A DNA stretch of 64,000 nt from Candidatus Latescibacterota bacterium (GTDB lineage Bacteria > Latescibacterota > UBA2968), in NCBI GenBank assembly GCA_965208125.1, contig OZ242320.1, positions 640,001 through 704,000 on the forward strand, read 5' to 3'. Below are positions 42,069 through 52,697 of the stretch, one piece after another; the stretch's first letter is position 1; each line of letters starts with the position of its first letter. The position numbers and the translations under genes were made by a program. The notes under the pieces were generated by a model. That model had not been told where the DNA came from and made no database searches. It saw only the letters and a list, made by a program, of their open reading frames with translations.

Positions 42069-44264
42069 TCAAGTCAGGCAATTCTCATCCGACAAAATCT
42101 TGTATGAAGACATAAACGGCACATAAAAAGAAGCAAACGCTTTGGGACCCGAACCATCAAAAAGCACAGTATCGCCAACGAGATCTTTGACAATGCGCTT
42201 GCCACTGCGGCTACCACCCGGTCGCATGGATTTCATCATGCGCTCGGCCTGTTCCAAAAAGCGTTTATCGCCCGAATGCTCATAAGCATGACACAGCGCT
42301 TCCATCTCTCGGGGACCGCCTGCACGCCGCTGGAGACTGGGCAATTCCTTGTAAAAAAAACGCCCATCGGGCATCACACAATGATCGAGCAAATCGCCCA
42401 TCTCTGCCACAATAAGTGGCGGAATGCGACCGTCTCCCGTCGCGGTATAATACCGATGCAACGCATTGATCGCTATAGAAATCATAAAAGGAACGCGCAC
42501 CAGCGTATGCGCGGTATAAGGCGCGAGAAAAGCCCCCCATTTTTCCTTCCACGCAATAAATTGCTCGGCAATACTGCGACACGCATCGAGGTATTTTTCT
42601 TCCCTTGTCTCGATGTACACAGCAATCAAACCGCGCATCGCCCAGCCAGTCTCGCGGGCTTGCTGCCCCCCGGCGCGAGAAAATTTGGGCGAATCGAGAT
42701 GGCGGATCATATTATCCGCAATAGAAATAGCCTTTTCGCGAGCCTCCCGTTTACCGGTCATGTGATAATAATCCAGCAGCCCCTCGGTCCACTCGTGCGA
42801 AGGCGTTACACTACCTGTCACATGCCCCGCCGTGTGAATGGGTTGCCCACCCATCTTGAGTGGATCGTCGCTGTAATGGCAAAAATCCACATCAATCCAG
42901 TGTTGTGCAGCCACACACGCGGCATCTCTAAACCGGCGCTCACCCGTCTTCGCATAGAGCAAAAACATCGCATGTGGAAAATCGTATTCATTATTGGTCC
43001 ACACCAATTCCCCTTTGCCGCGCCCCTGCTGCGTGTACCCGTGATCCGGACCATCGCCCCAGTGCATCATCCCAAGCCCCTGATTGCGCCCATCGGCCAT
43101 ATTGATAATACTGGCTTCAATATCCCAATTTTTATTCGTGGGAAAAAGATTCTCCCAAACATTGGCTTCGCGATACCACGACTCGGGCAAAATACCGATA
43201 TCCGGATATTGAAATTGGAGCGATTGTACAACAACATCATCCAGAGACACGGCAGAAGTGTGAAAATAAAATTGCATGCGATGGGTCTTAGCCACGCCCT
43301 GCAAAATCTTGACGGGATCCTGACTCGCGGGATAAATATCCAGATCAATGCCATCTTCGCCGACTGCAATCCCTTTGGGAAAATTTTGATGCGCTTGAAA
43401 AGGCGTAATACAAACGCCTTTTTCAGCATCGCACCAGTCCGCCCAGAAATCCCCGTAAAACGTATCAAGCACGTGTTCAACAGACTGAAAAACAATCGTC
43501 TCAGCATCCAGAAGACGCGCATTTGCACCCTCTGTTATGGTAGTTTGATAATAACCCTCTCCAGTAGCGCATCGCACATCGCCCGCACCCGATGCGGCGA
43601 ACTTCAGCGCAATTTCTGCCACATCAACGCTCGCTGCCTTCTCCCGATTGATAAACTGATAATCCAGACGAATAAAAGGTTTTCCCGCCCATGCCTCAAT
43701 GAGAACGCGCATATCGAACAACGTGCCCGCATCGCCAACGTGTTTGCCCGCACATTCGACAAGACTCCGCACGGGACCTGACTCCAGAATAGTAATGGTA
43801 TCAATATTGGCGAGATACGATCCACCTTCTGCACCAGCTATACCAAAAGAAGAATTTGCACCAAACCACTCAATACCATTTACGCGAATCGCCTTAAAAA
43901 GATCTGTCTCAAGCCCTACATCAACAGAAAGAACACCCGTATCAATGGTATAGAAATCTCCCCCTTGTGTCACTGTGGTCCTCTCATCGGAATCAGGCGT
44001 AGAAATACTGCCATCAGTGGCAAAAGTGAGATCGTGTGCGCGATTGCCGGGAAGATCAGCCAGAAAATGCGCCATAAGCCACTTAATTGACCCATCGTCC
44101 CAGCGCGCTGTAACATCGGTCTGAACCGCTATATCTGTTCCATCATTACAAATACCAAATTGCCCAGAGTCGGTGAGCCGTCCCTGGGCAAATGGAATAC
44201 CGAGCGAAACGGGTTCGCCAATGCGGTCGTACATCGAAAGTTTGTCAAAATGAATTGTAGCCAT
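42069..44264 (-). CDS. PcRGLX/YetA-like (exo-rhamnogalacturonan lyase family) protein
   Basis: EPVSLGIPFAQG, ARWDDGSIKW, GMMHWGD, WTNNEYD, SHEWTEGL. Confidence 0.7.
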   Translation of the reverse strand: MATIHFDKLSMYDRIGEPVSLGIPFAQGRLTDSGQFGICNDGTDIAVQTDVTARWDDGSIKWLMAHFLADLPGNRAHDLTFATDGSISTPDSDERTTVTQGGDFYTIDTGVLSVDVGLETDLFKAIRVNGIEWFGANSSFGIAGAEGGSYLANIDTITILESGPVRSLVECAGKHVGDAGTLFDMRVLIEAWAGKPFIRLDYQFINREKAASVDVAEIALKFAASGAGDVRCATGEGYYQTTITEGANARLLDAETIVFQSVEHVLDTFYGDFWADWCDAEKGVCITPFQAHQNFPKGIAVGEDGIDLDIYPASQDPVKILQGVAKTHRMQFYFHTSAVSLDDVVVQSLQFQYPDIGILPESWYREANVWENLFPTNKNWDIEASIINMADGRNQGLGMMHWGDGPDHGYTQQGRGKGELVWTNNEYDFPHAMFLLYAKTGERRFRDAACVAAQHWIDVDFCHYSDDPLKMGGQPIHTAGHVTGSVTPSHEWTEGLLDYYHMTGKREAREKAISIADNMIRHLDSPKFSRAGGQQARETGWAMRGLIAVYIETREEKYLDACRSIAEQFIAWKEKWGAFLAPYTAHTLVRVPFMISIAINALHRYYTATGDGRIPPLIVAEMGDLLDHCVMPDGRFFYKELPSLQRRAGGPREMEALCHAYEHSGDKRFLEQAERMMKSMRPGGSRSGKRIVKDLVGDTVLFDGSGPKAFASFYVPFMSSYKILSDENCLT

Positions 44265-44331
44265 AATTTCCTCCCGCAAATTTCTCGATCATCAGATCGA
44301 TAGCCTACAACCTCTTACACGTCACACTTCT

Positions 44332-44625
44332 CTATACAGATATTCGAACCTCAGCATCTACCGGCAGTGCTTCAACAACGAGTAGGGCCAGAGCATCACT
44401 GGCGTCGGGATGAGTGAGAATAGCGTCTGCGGAACTGGGTGCAGGAATCTCATCTCCATCCTCGGCAAGGCCATCCAGATGGAGCGCAAGAGCTTCGGCG
44501 GCCATTTCCCGGGTCTCCTCAATCGTGCGCCCGGCGGTGACGCAACCGGGCAGATCGGGAAAATAGACGCAGTAATCGCTGTCAGGTTCTTTTTCAACCA
44601 AACCTATGTACGTTCGACTATCCAT
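44332..44625 (-). CDS. hicB: Orphan HicB-family antitoxin
   Basis: YCVYFPDLPGCVTAGRTIEE...EALALHL...IPAPS; no hicA adjacent. Confidence 0.88.
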   Translation of the reverse strand: MDSRTYIGLVEKEPDSDYCVYFPDLPGCVTAGRTIEETREMAAEALALHLDGLAEDGDEIPAPSSADAILTHPDASDALALLVVEALPVDAEVRISV

Positions 44626-44794
44626 AGCTCATATCTTGTAAATACACAAATGAATATATTTTAAAGCGCCACCTCATGCAACAACGCGATAAACTTGACA
44701 ACTTGACGGAGTATAGTTTTATCTTATATTATCGCCACGCAGTTGGATTTTGAAGTCTCTATCTCCTCCACAATCCAATAGAAAGGATTACACT

Positions 44795-45427
44795 ATGTCA
44801 TTGCAGTTAGGCGATGTTGCCCCCGACTTTACAGCAGAAACAACAGAAGGCACCATCAATTTTCACGAATGGTTGGGTGATGGCTGGGGCATTCTGTTCT
44901 CCCATCCCGCCGACTTTACGCCAGTATGCACCACCGAATTGGGCGCCATGGCAAATATCAAAGACGAATTTGATAAGCGTGGCGTCAAAGTTTTAGCCAT
45001 CAGCGTTGATCCCCTCGAATCCCATGAAGGCTGGATTAGCGACATCAACGAAACGCAAAATGCAACCGTCAATTATCCCATGATCGCCGACCCAGACCGC
45101 CAGGTAGCCGATCTCTACGAGATGATCCATCCCAATGCAGATAACACGCTAACCGTGCGATCGGTATTTGTAATTGGACCCGACAAGACCATCAAACTGA
45201 TGCTCACCTACCCCGCATCTACGGGTCGAAACTTCGACGAAATCCTGCGCGTAGTCGATTCTCTGCAACTCACAGCCAAGCACAGTTTGGCCACACCAGT
45301 GAACTGGCGACCCGGCGAAGACGTGATCATTTCACCCACGGTTACAGACGAAGAAGCCGCCGAGCGCTTCCCCGGATATACCGCGGTAAAACCCTATTTG
45401 CGCGTCATACAGCAACCCGCCGAGTAA
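44795..45427 (+). CDS. 1-Cys peroxiredoxin (Prx6)
   Basis: FSHPADFTPVCTTE, YPASTGRNFDEI. Confidence 0.95.
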   Translation: MSLQLGDVAPDFTAETTEGTINFHEWLGDGWGILFSHPADFTPVCTTELGAMANIKDEFDKRGVKVLAISVDPLESHEGWISDINETQNATVNYPMIADPDRQVADLYEMIHPNADNTLTVRSVFVIGPDKTIKLMLTYPASTGRNFDEILRVVDSLQLTAKHSLATPVNWRPGEDVIISPTVTDEEAAERFPGYTAVKPYLRVIQQPAE

Positions 45428-45446
45428 ACGACCATCCGCAAAAAGC

Positions 45447-45490
45447 AAAAGGTCTGTGACAAATGTCACAGACCTTTTTTATTTTTTTTA
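45447..45490. terminator. Bidirectional intrinsic terminator
   Basis: aaaaggtctgtgaca-aa-tgtcacagacctttt followed by T-run. Confidence 0.85.
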
Positions 45491-45495
45491 CCAAT

Positions 45496-47931
45496 CTACT
45501 CATGCCGCAACGCTTCCACCGGATTAGACAGCGCCGCGCGAAGGGCGTGGAAACTCACAGTAAACAACGCAATCGCCAGGGCAACCACACCACTCAACAC
45601 AAATATCCACCACGAAAGATCCGTGCGATAGGCAAAACTTTCCAACCAACTTTGCATGACAAAATAGACAACCGGCCATGCAAACAGATTCGCAATCAGA
45701 ACCATAATGGCAAATGTCCTGGAAATTAAAAGCACAATATTTGACACACTCGCACCCAACACCTTTCGCACCCCAATCTCTTTCACGCGCTGCTCAACCG
45801 TAAATGCCGCAAGGCCAAAAAGACCCATACACGCGAGCAAAATCGCCATCCCCGAAGAGAGCAATGTCAGCGCCTGCGCCCGTTGCTCTGCAGAGTACAT
45901 ATATTCAAACTGCTGATCCCACATCATATATTCAAAAGGCTGATCTGCAGGAACGAATTGCTTCCATGTCTCTTCAAAAAAAGCGAGCGTCTCTTCCATC
46001 CCCTCGGCTTTGACGCGCACGCCCAGATTGTAAAATTGCTGGTGCCGAATCGTCAGCACAATGGGACCAATTTCATCTCGCAACGAACTGAAGTGAAAGT
46101 CCTGCACAACGCCAATCACCGTCCCCTTTCGATTTCTCACCCGATCAATCCACTCAAAAGATTTGCCAATAGGATCATCCCAACCGAGCCGAGCCACCGC
46201 CGTTTCATTAATAATAAAAGCTCTCGACGTATCTGTGGGAAATGCAATTGGATCAAATTTGCGCCCTTCTACCAGCCCAATTTGAAACACATCGAGAAAA
46301 TCTTCATCGACCTCCAGAAGGGGCATGCGCCAGTCTGTACCCTCGTGTCCTTCTGCCCGAAGGGTCCGGATAATACCCCCACCCCATCCAAGCCCCCAGC
46401 GATAAGCCGTCACCTCAAGCACATTCGGATGGGCGCGAAAAGCCTCTTTCACCGTAGCATAACGGGCGGCGAGCTTTTGTCCCGGGTCCGATTTTGTCTC
46501 CTGATCGAGAACAAATATGGGTATGAGCACCATCTGCTCCATATTAAAACCCAGATTCTTGTTTCTGATATAATCGAGTTGCTGATAGATCACCCCCGTA
46601 CTCGCAAGCAGAATAATTGAAATTGCAAACTGCACCACCACCAGCCCCTTGCGAATCCACTGCCCCCGAGAACCCGCGCGAAACGCCCCCTTTAGCGTCT
46701 CCGCAGGTTCATACGCCGAAAGAAAAAATGCGGGATAAACGCCAGCCAACAGCCCGACGAATATAGCTATACCAATCAAAGGGATTACAAGCAACGGATC
46801 GCTCGACAAATTCAACTCGATCTGCATGAAGAAAAAGGTGTTAAACTCGGGAAGCACGAATTTAACGGCAACAAGCGCGAGCACAAGCGCGACCAGTGCT
46901 GTGAGAACAGACTCACCCAAAAACTGACCCATCAGTTGTGAACGATACGCTCCCGACACCTTTCGCAAACCCACCTCGTGCGCCCTGCGAGCCGATTGCG
47001 CCGTGGTCAAATTTGTAAAATTGATACATCCAATTGCAAGGACCAGAACCGCAATAGCCCCAAATTGATAGACGCGGTCAATATCGCCGAACCACTCCAG
47101 ATCATAGTCCTTCCTCGAATAGAGATAAATGCGATTGAGAGGCTGGAGATGATACGCATTTGTGCGCGCAATCTCTGCCCCCATATAGCGATCGATAAAT
47201 TCAGGTAATTTTGCAGACAGTGCCTTTGGATCCGCCCCTTCTCGCAGCAGAAAATACGTATTGACGGGACGCCAACCGTCAGTTGGTATCCAATCTTCCC
47301 AGGCGTATTTCGCGCCTGGGGACGTAAATCCACCTGTTGAAACATAATCGAATTGCAGTGTAGAATTGTGAGGCACATCTTTTAATACCGCTGTGATGGT
47401 GCGTTCGCCTCCGTGATGATTGCTCTCAGCGGTGATGGTCTTCCCAATCGGATCTTCGTCTCCAAACAACACCTTTGCCGCTGATTCCGTTATCGCGATC
47501 GCATTGGGATTGGGAAATGCGGTTTCGAGATTGCCGCGCACAAAGGGAAAATCGAAAATTTCAAACATCTCTGGATCGGCAACACAGACACTCATATCAA
47601 ACTTCTTTTCGCCCAAATGCACATCTAAGAACACTAACATCACGCGCACGGCTTTTTCCACCTCGGGAAAGTCCCGCTCAAGTGCCCGCGCCAGCGCGCC
47701 CGACGTATATGGCAAATAATCCGACTGCCCCCCGGCTCTGGTCTCCCGGATAACCTGGTAGATCCGATCTCCTTTTGCATGCCAACTGTCAACACTCAAC
47801 TCATCCTGAATATAGAGCACGATCAAAATGCACGTACCCAGACCAATGGCAAGCCCCAGAATATTAATCGCACTAAAAGTCTTTTGCCGATTGAGATTTC
47901 TCAGTGCGATAACCAGATAATTTTTAAACAC
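45496..47931 (-). CDS. MacB/FtsX-type ABC permease (orphan paralogue)
   Basis: MFKNYLVIALRN, CINFTNLTTA, EQRVKEIGVRKVLGA, NPVEALRHE. Confidence 0.92.
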   Translation of the reverse strand: MFKNYLVIALRNLNRQKTFSAINILGLAIGLGTCILIVLYIQDELSVDSWHAKGDRIYQVIRETRAGGQSDYLPYTSGALARALERDFPEVEKAVRVMLVFLDVHLGEKKFDMSVCVADPEMFEIFDFPFVRGNLETAFPNPNAIAITESAAKVLFGDEDPIGKTITAESNHHGGERTITAVLKDVPHNSTLQFDYVSTGGFTSPGAKYAWEDWIPTDGWRPVNTYFLLREGADPKALSAKLPEFIDRYMGAEIARTNAYHLQPLNRIYLYSRKDYDLEWFGDIDRVYQFGAIAVLVLAIGCINFTNLTTAQSARRAHEVGLRKVSGAYRSQLMGQFLGESVLTALVALVLALVAVKFVLPEFNTFFFMQIELNLSSDPLLVIPLIGIAIFVGLLAGVYPAFFLSAYEPAETLKGAFRAGSRGQWIRKGLVVVQFAISIILLASTGVIYQQLDYIRNKNLGFNMEQMVLIPIFVLDQETKSDPGQKLAARYATVKEAFRAHPNVLEVTAYRWGLGWGGGIIRTLRAEGHEGTDWRMPLLEVDEDFLDVFQIGLVEGRKFDPIAFPTDTSRAFIINETAVARLGWDDPIGKSFEWIDRVRNRKGTVIGVVQDFHFSSLRDEIGPIVLTIRHQQFYNLGVRVKAEGMEETLAFFEETWKQFVPADQPFEYMMWDQQFEYMYSAEQRAQALTLLSSGMAILLACMGLFGLAAFTVEQRVKEIGVRKVLGASVSNIVLLISRTFAIMVLIANLFAWPVVYFVMQSWLESFAYRTDLSWWIFVLSGVVALAIALFTVSFHALRAALSNPVEALRHE

Positions 47932-48146
47932 AACAACCCGCCTCCGTTATAAATAAAACTAAATTCATCACGTACGAGTGTAGCTACGATCTTCAGAACC
48001 GTCAAGGTTTAGAGCATATAATTTCCCATTAAAAACCATCACCCATTGGACACACCTTGACCGCAGAGGGTTTCTCTTTAAACACATAATACATTATATT
48101 GAGTGATATTCCCCGCTCTCCCATACATCCTCTGCCTGATCGAGAT

Positions 48147-48992
48147 ATGAAGACCTTTACTCGCACAACCCTCTATCTCATCATCCTCTCTACCTTCTTA
48201 CCCGGATGCAAAGACAAACCCACCGCACCGCCGGAAGAACCAGAGGCGCCGCCCCCCGTTGTATCCCAGACGCAAACAGGTATCCAGATTACAACCCATG
48301 TGGGCACGACGCACACCCTCATCTTAATACCCGAAGGCCCATTCGAAATGGGCGCCAACAACGGCATCCGCAACGAAGGACCAGAACACACCGTACACCT
48401 CAAAGCCTATTACATAGACCACACAGAAGTCACCAATGCCCAATGGAACCCCTACGCCATCGCAGAACGCCAACTGCCCAACTTCGACCCGCCCGAACAT
48501 CCCGTTGTCAACATCAACTGGTTTCAAGCCGGCGAATACTGCGAATGGCTCGGCGGACGCCTGCCCACCGAAGCCGAATGGGAAAAAGCAGCGCGCGGAA
48601 CAGACGGGCGCATCTATCCCTGGGGCGCTGCCCCGGACCCCAACCGCGCCAACTACCTCAACAGCGGCGACCCCTTTGACAATGGCACAGCACCTGTTGC
48701 ATATTATCGGGAAGGCAATAGAGACGGGCGCAGCCCTTATGGCGTATTGGACATGGCTGGCAATGTTTGGGAGTGGACACAAGACGAATACGACAGCGCG
48801 TACTATCAACGCAGCCCACGCGACAACCCCGTCAATTACGAACTCAGAACCCACTTCTTACACCTCGAACGCGTCGTGCGCGGTGGATCCTGGTTCAGCA
48901 CGGCCTTCCTGGTACGCACAACCGCACGCGACGCCCGAACATCCAACATCCAAACCGATACTCTGGGATTTCGGTGCGTGGTGGATCGGTAA
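48147..48992 (+). CDS. FGE/SUMF1-domain lipoprotein, lacking FGE catalytic cysteines
   Basis: Lipobox LPGC; FEMG, RLPTEAEWEKAARG, DMAGNVWEW, RGGSW, GFRC. Confidence 0.9.
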   Translation: MKTFTRTTLYLIILSTFLPGCKDKPTAPPEEPEAPPPVVSQTQTGIQITTHVGTTHTLILIPEGPFEMGANNGIRNEGPEHTVHLKAYYIDHTEVTNAQWNPYAIAERQLPNFDPPEHPVVNINWFQAGEYCEWLGGRLPTEAEWEKAARGTDGRIYPWGAAPDPNRANYLNSGDPFDNGTAPVAYYREGNRDGRSPYGVLDMAGNVWEWTQDEYDSAYYQRSPRDNPVNYELRTHFLHLERVVRGGSWFSTAFLVRTTARDARTSNIQTDTLGFRCVVDR

Positions 48993-49065
48993 TTTTAAAT
49001 AGATATTGGCGTTACGCATACTTGGGTGATATAAACCATCATTTTTCCTTTTATGCCTTCGGCGA

Positions 49066-49111
49066 CTTCATTTTTTTGCGCGCCCAAAAAAATGAAGCAA
49101 AAAAAGGGCGC
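49066..49111. repeat. Structured element: 13-bp hairpin plus pseudoknot
   Basis: cttcatttttttg / caaaaaaatgaag perfect inverted repeat; gcgccc (49080-85) complementary to gggcgc (49106-11). Confidence 0.65.
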
Positions 49112-49404
49112 CCCTGCGGGGGGCTGGCACAGCGCAAACCGTTTCTGTGGTAATACGACATGCTGTGGCCTGCACAGTTGGGATATCATCAAGATGTCCA
49201 CTGCGAATCGGACTCACGCGCTGTGCACAATGGCTTTGATTGATGGCGTTTTTTGAAGGTGCGTTTTGTAATGCTTTATCTGAAGTACTGCGTAACATCA
49301 GTTATAAATACAAAGGACACGCATTCATATCGAGTGCATGTCCTTTGTACTTTTCGACAAAGATCAAAGGCCGAGGATTTTGAGAAGCCTTTTCAGTTCA
49401 CTTT

Positions 49405-50170
49405 TTAACCAATCTTTGGAATACCACCGAGCACCCCCGCCCGGTATTTGGGATAGAGACGCGTATCGCGGCGGAGACCCTGCACATCTTGTGCTCCATG
49501 CACACGAGTCGCGCCACTGCTATCCTTCTCTACAATAAAAATCTCCTCCTTTTCCAGATTGTCGAGCAAGCCAACATTGTGAGAGGAGACAAAAAGCTGT
49601 GCGCCTGAAGGATTGACCTCTTGAGAGCGGAACCAGCTAAGAATTTCTCCGGCAATATCCACATGGAGATCGCCATCTATCTCGTCGAGGACAACAGGAA
49701 CGCCATGGCGGAGCGCGAGACCGATCTGAGGCAACAGATGGAACAGGCGTTTCGTCCCACTGGATTCAAAACGCAGGGGGATCCGCGTATCAAGCCCATG
49801 ATGGTCAAAGAACACTTCCTTTTCCCCAGATTGCTCAGAAATCGTTATATCCTGAATCCCCAAATCACTGGATCGGATATGATTTCTAATCCAGGATCTC
49901 ATATCGGGAACACTCTCGAATATATCCACCACCGTTTGGGTTGGAGGTGCCCATCTCTCATGAAACATGATATTGGATGTGAAAAAAAAAGGTTCCATCC
50001 AGTCTGCAATACGCATTGCCAAGGACACATTGAGCAGGGCGAGCGTGGCGATCACCGATGTGTCTGCCCTAACCGCCTAGAGGCGATCATCTTTGGGCTT
50101 AAGACCAAATTCTTTAGAAATGTATATAGGTTTTCCCGGGGCACCGCGCTCGAATTTTCGTCGAGATAGC
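49405..50170 (-). pseudogene. 5'-truncated AAA_21 (RloA-like) ATPase pseudogene
   Basis: ESSGTKRL, VLDEIDGDLH, QLFVSSHN, YRAGVLGGIP present; Walker A absent; in-frame TAG at 50079-50077 with frame continuing upstream (FERGAPGKPIYISKEFG). Confidence 0.8.
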
Positions 50171-50190
50171 AATATAATAGTCAAAAAATA

Positions 50191-50235
50191 GAGGGGCAAT
50201 CAGGGCTCCGCTCTTGTGGCCTGATTGCCCCTTTT
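50191..50235. terminator. Hairpin or terminator
   Basis: aggggcaatcagg...cctgattgcccctttt. Confidence 0.55.
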
Positions 50236-50366
50236 CGTGTATAAAACTACTATGCCTTTTTTTATTGTATCGATAGAAACAAATTTCATCGCATAAATCC
50301 ACGTAATTAATTATACTACTTCTCAATCACATCAGCGGGTTTTGGTATGTCTGAGGAGACAATCTC

Positions 50367-51776
50367 ATGACATCAGACATAAATTACGCAAGCTGGCCTC
50401 GGCATGTGGCGCGTCACATCGACGTGGGCGCTCAGAAGCAACTCTTTCTGGACGACGGGTTTCTGGTAGAACGCGCTGAAGGGATTCGCTATGTCATGCA
50501 CCAGCCAGTAAAACACCCGCACAACCCGCTGCTCGTGCCCGACATGCCCTATGAATTGCAGGTACAACTCTACGGCTCCGTCCTGTGGGATAAAGAAGAC
50601 CAAACCTACAAAATGTGGTACACAAATCGCACCTTCAAATACGGCAAAGACAGCGCGGTACTGATGGCCTATGCCACCTCTGAAGACGGACTCAAATGGA
50701 CAAAACCCACCCTCAACATCCTGCCCCATGAAGGATCCGCAAAAAATAACCTCCTGCTGGATCCCGGACCCGGCGGCAGTGGCGGCGTATGCGTTTTAAA
50801 AACCCCTGATGAGCGGAACCCCAACAAAAAATACAAAATGCTCTACAAAACCATCGAAGAAGGCGGCGGACTAAAAGTCGCATTCTCCCCAGACGGCATC
50901 CACTGGACAAAACACCCCAAAACCGTCTTACCCGGCGTCTTCGACACATTCAACGTCGCAATACAGGACAACGACAAATACGTCGCGTACGTACGCATAA
51001 ACCAGAGACCGCGAAAGCGACACCGCGCATTGGGACGCATCGAATCCGCAGACTTTATCCACTGGACCACACCCACAATCGTCCTGAAACCAGATGAACA
51101 CGACCCCGAAGACACAGATATCTACACATCCGCTGCATTTAAGTACCCACAAGCGGACTATGCCTATATTATGATGCCCAGCCTTTTTGATTGGCGAACC
51201 GGAAAACTCCAGGTACAATTGGCCACGAGTCGGGACAATGCAAATTGGAATCGAGCGGGGAACCGCGAGATCTTCATCCCATTGGGAAAACCAAACAGTT
51301 ATGAATCGGAAGAAATCATGGTCGGCGCGCCATCAGTCGTAAAAGATCAGATCTACATCTACTACCACGGCAGCAACCGGCCACACTGGAACGGAATGGG
51401 ACGTCCATTTGAAGAAAAAAGCGGCATTGGTCTGGCAACACTGCGCCTGGATGGCTTCATCTCGATTGACGCAGGCGAAAAACCGAGCGGTGGCACAATA
51501 ACAACCGTACCCATACAATTCTCGGGCACCCACCTGGAAATAAACGCAGATGCAACCTGGGGGGAAATACGCGTCGAAATTTTAAACGACGAAAATGAAG
51601 TAATCGAAGGATTTGATCGCCTATCGTGCCAACCCGTAATCGGCGACTCCGTGCGCCATCGCGTCTCCTGGTCGGGCGGCGATGTACGCACCCTGATCGG
51701 AACAACCGTGAAACTGCGATTTCATATCCTCTGCGCCCGGCTCTACGCCTTTCAATTCAGCACAAAACACCCCTGA
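50367..51776 (+). CDS. GH32/GH130-like five-bladed beta-propeller protein
   Basis: KQLFLDD, YKMWY, YATSEDGLKW, SPDGIHW, LATLRLDGF. Confidence 0.75.
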   Translation: MTSDINYASWPRHVARHIDVGAQKQLFLDDGFLVERAEGIRYVMHQPVKHPHNPLLVPDMPYELQVQLYGSVLWDKEDQTYKMWYTNRTFKYGKDSAVLMAYATSEDGLKWTKPTLNILPHEGSAKNNLLLDPGPGGSGGVCVLKTPDERNPNKKYKMLYKTIEEGGGLKVAFSPDGIHWTKHPKTVLPGVFDTFNVAIQDNDKYVAYVRINQRPRKRHRALGRIESADFIHWTTPTIVLKPDEHDPEDTDIYTSAAFKYPQADYAYIMMPSLFDWRTGKLQVQLATSRDNANWNRAGNREIFIPLGKPNSYESEEIMVGAPSVVKDQIYIYYHGSNRPHWNGMGRPFEEKSGIGLATLRLDGFISIDAGEKPSGGTITTVPIQFSGTHLEINADATWGEIRVEILNDENEVIEGFDRLSCQPVIGDSVRHRVSWSGGDVRTLIGTTVKLRFHILCARLYAFQFSTKHP

Positions 51777-51790
51777 CCTAAGGAGACCCC

Positions 51791-52696
51791 ATGCCTTCAC
51801 ACTTTGTATTTGTCACAGACAGCCATCACCACGCCGCTGCCGAAAAAGACTTCGGCGCGCCCAAAATGCTGACGCGCAGCCACGAAATACACCGTGCAAT
51901 GGTACCCGCCATCAACGCCTGCAAAGCGGACTTCATCGTACACGGCGGCGACGTGGTCTGCGGCGGCGGGGCATTTGAAATGCCCTTTGATATTTATTTG
52001 CAAACCATAGACGAAGCCAAAAACGCGTTTGACGGCCTTCACGCGCCCACATACTACGTCCCGGGCAATCACGATTGCGATGCCCAGGAAGGAAGTTTTG
52101 AGGCTTTTGCCAGACAATTTCCAATCCCCGAAACCCTGGACATCGTCGAAGCCGCACCGCGCCTGCGCTTGGCGCTCGCCAACGTATATCCCATCAGCCC
52201 ACTGGAAGACAGTTTGGGCACATGGACAGAAGCACACGACCGCATCTTGCGCGAAGCCGCCGCAAAAGCTCATAATGACCGTTGCGCGCTCATCCTGTTC
52301 ATTCACCCCTGGGTCTTCCCCCAATACGAAGCACAGGCCGATTTCGTACCGAGTGGCGTTGTCACCAACGCCGAGCAACTCATGGAAGCCGTAAAAGATC
52401 TGCCCGCTGTCATAGCCATCTTCACCGGACACAGACACATCAACCGCATCCGCATGTATCGCGACTTCCTCATCGTTGACACCGCCTGCCTGATTGGTTT
52501 CCCATTGGGATTCCGCGAAATCTGGCTCACAGAAGACGGCTATTTCAAAACGCGCTTCCGCACACTGGACCTGCCCGACCTGATGCAGGCTTCCTTTGAC
52601 CGCTCCCCCGTAAAAACAAATCAAATGTGGCAAGGCGAAGTCCACGATCGCGACACAGAAATCTTAATCCCGCGACTAAAAGCACTCTGGGAATAA
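51791..52696 (+). CDS. Calcineurin-like metallophosphoesterase
   Basis: TDSH, HGGD, PGNHD, FTGHRH. Confidence 0.9.
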   Translation: MPSHFVFVTDSHHHAAAEKDFGAPKMLTRSHEIHRAMVPAINACKADFIVHGGDVVCGGGAFEMPFDIYLQTIDEAKNAFDGLHAPTYYVPGNHDCDAQEGSFEAFARQFPIPETLDIVEAAPRLRLALANVYPISPLEDSLGTWTEAHDRILREAAAKAHNDRCALILFIHPWVFPQYEAQADFVPSGVVTNAEQLMEAVKDLPAVIAIFTGHRHINRIRMYRDFLIVDTACLIGFPLGFREIWLTEDGYFKTRFRTLDLPDLMQASFDRSPVKTNQMWQGEVHDRDTEILIPRLKALWE

Positions 52697-52697
52697 A

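Noticed and set aside
42276-43781. Long antisense ORFs (501 aa here; also 1723-2631, 11883-12719, 15932-16828, 51797-52645)
   Set aside because: Shadows of well-supported opposite-strand genes, with no motifs
48147-48992. Sulfatase-activating FGE or DGR target
   Set aside because: No catalytic Cys pair after RGGSW; no reverse transcriptase or template repeat seen in the window
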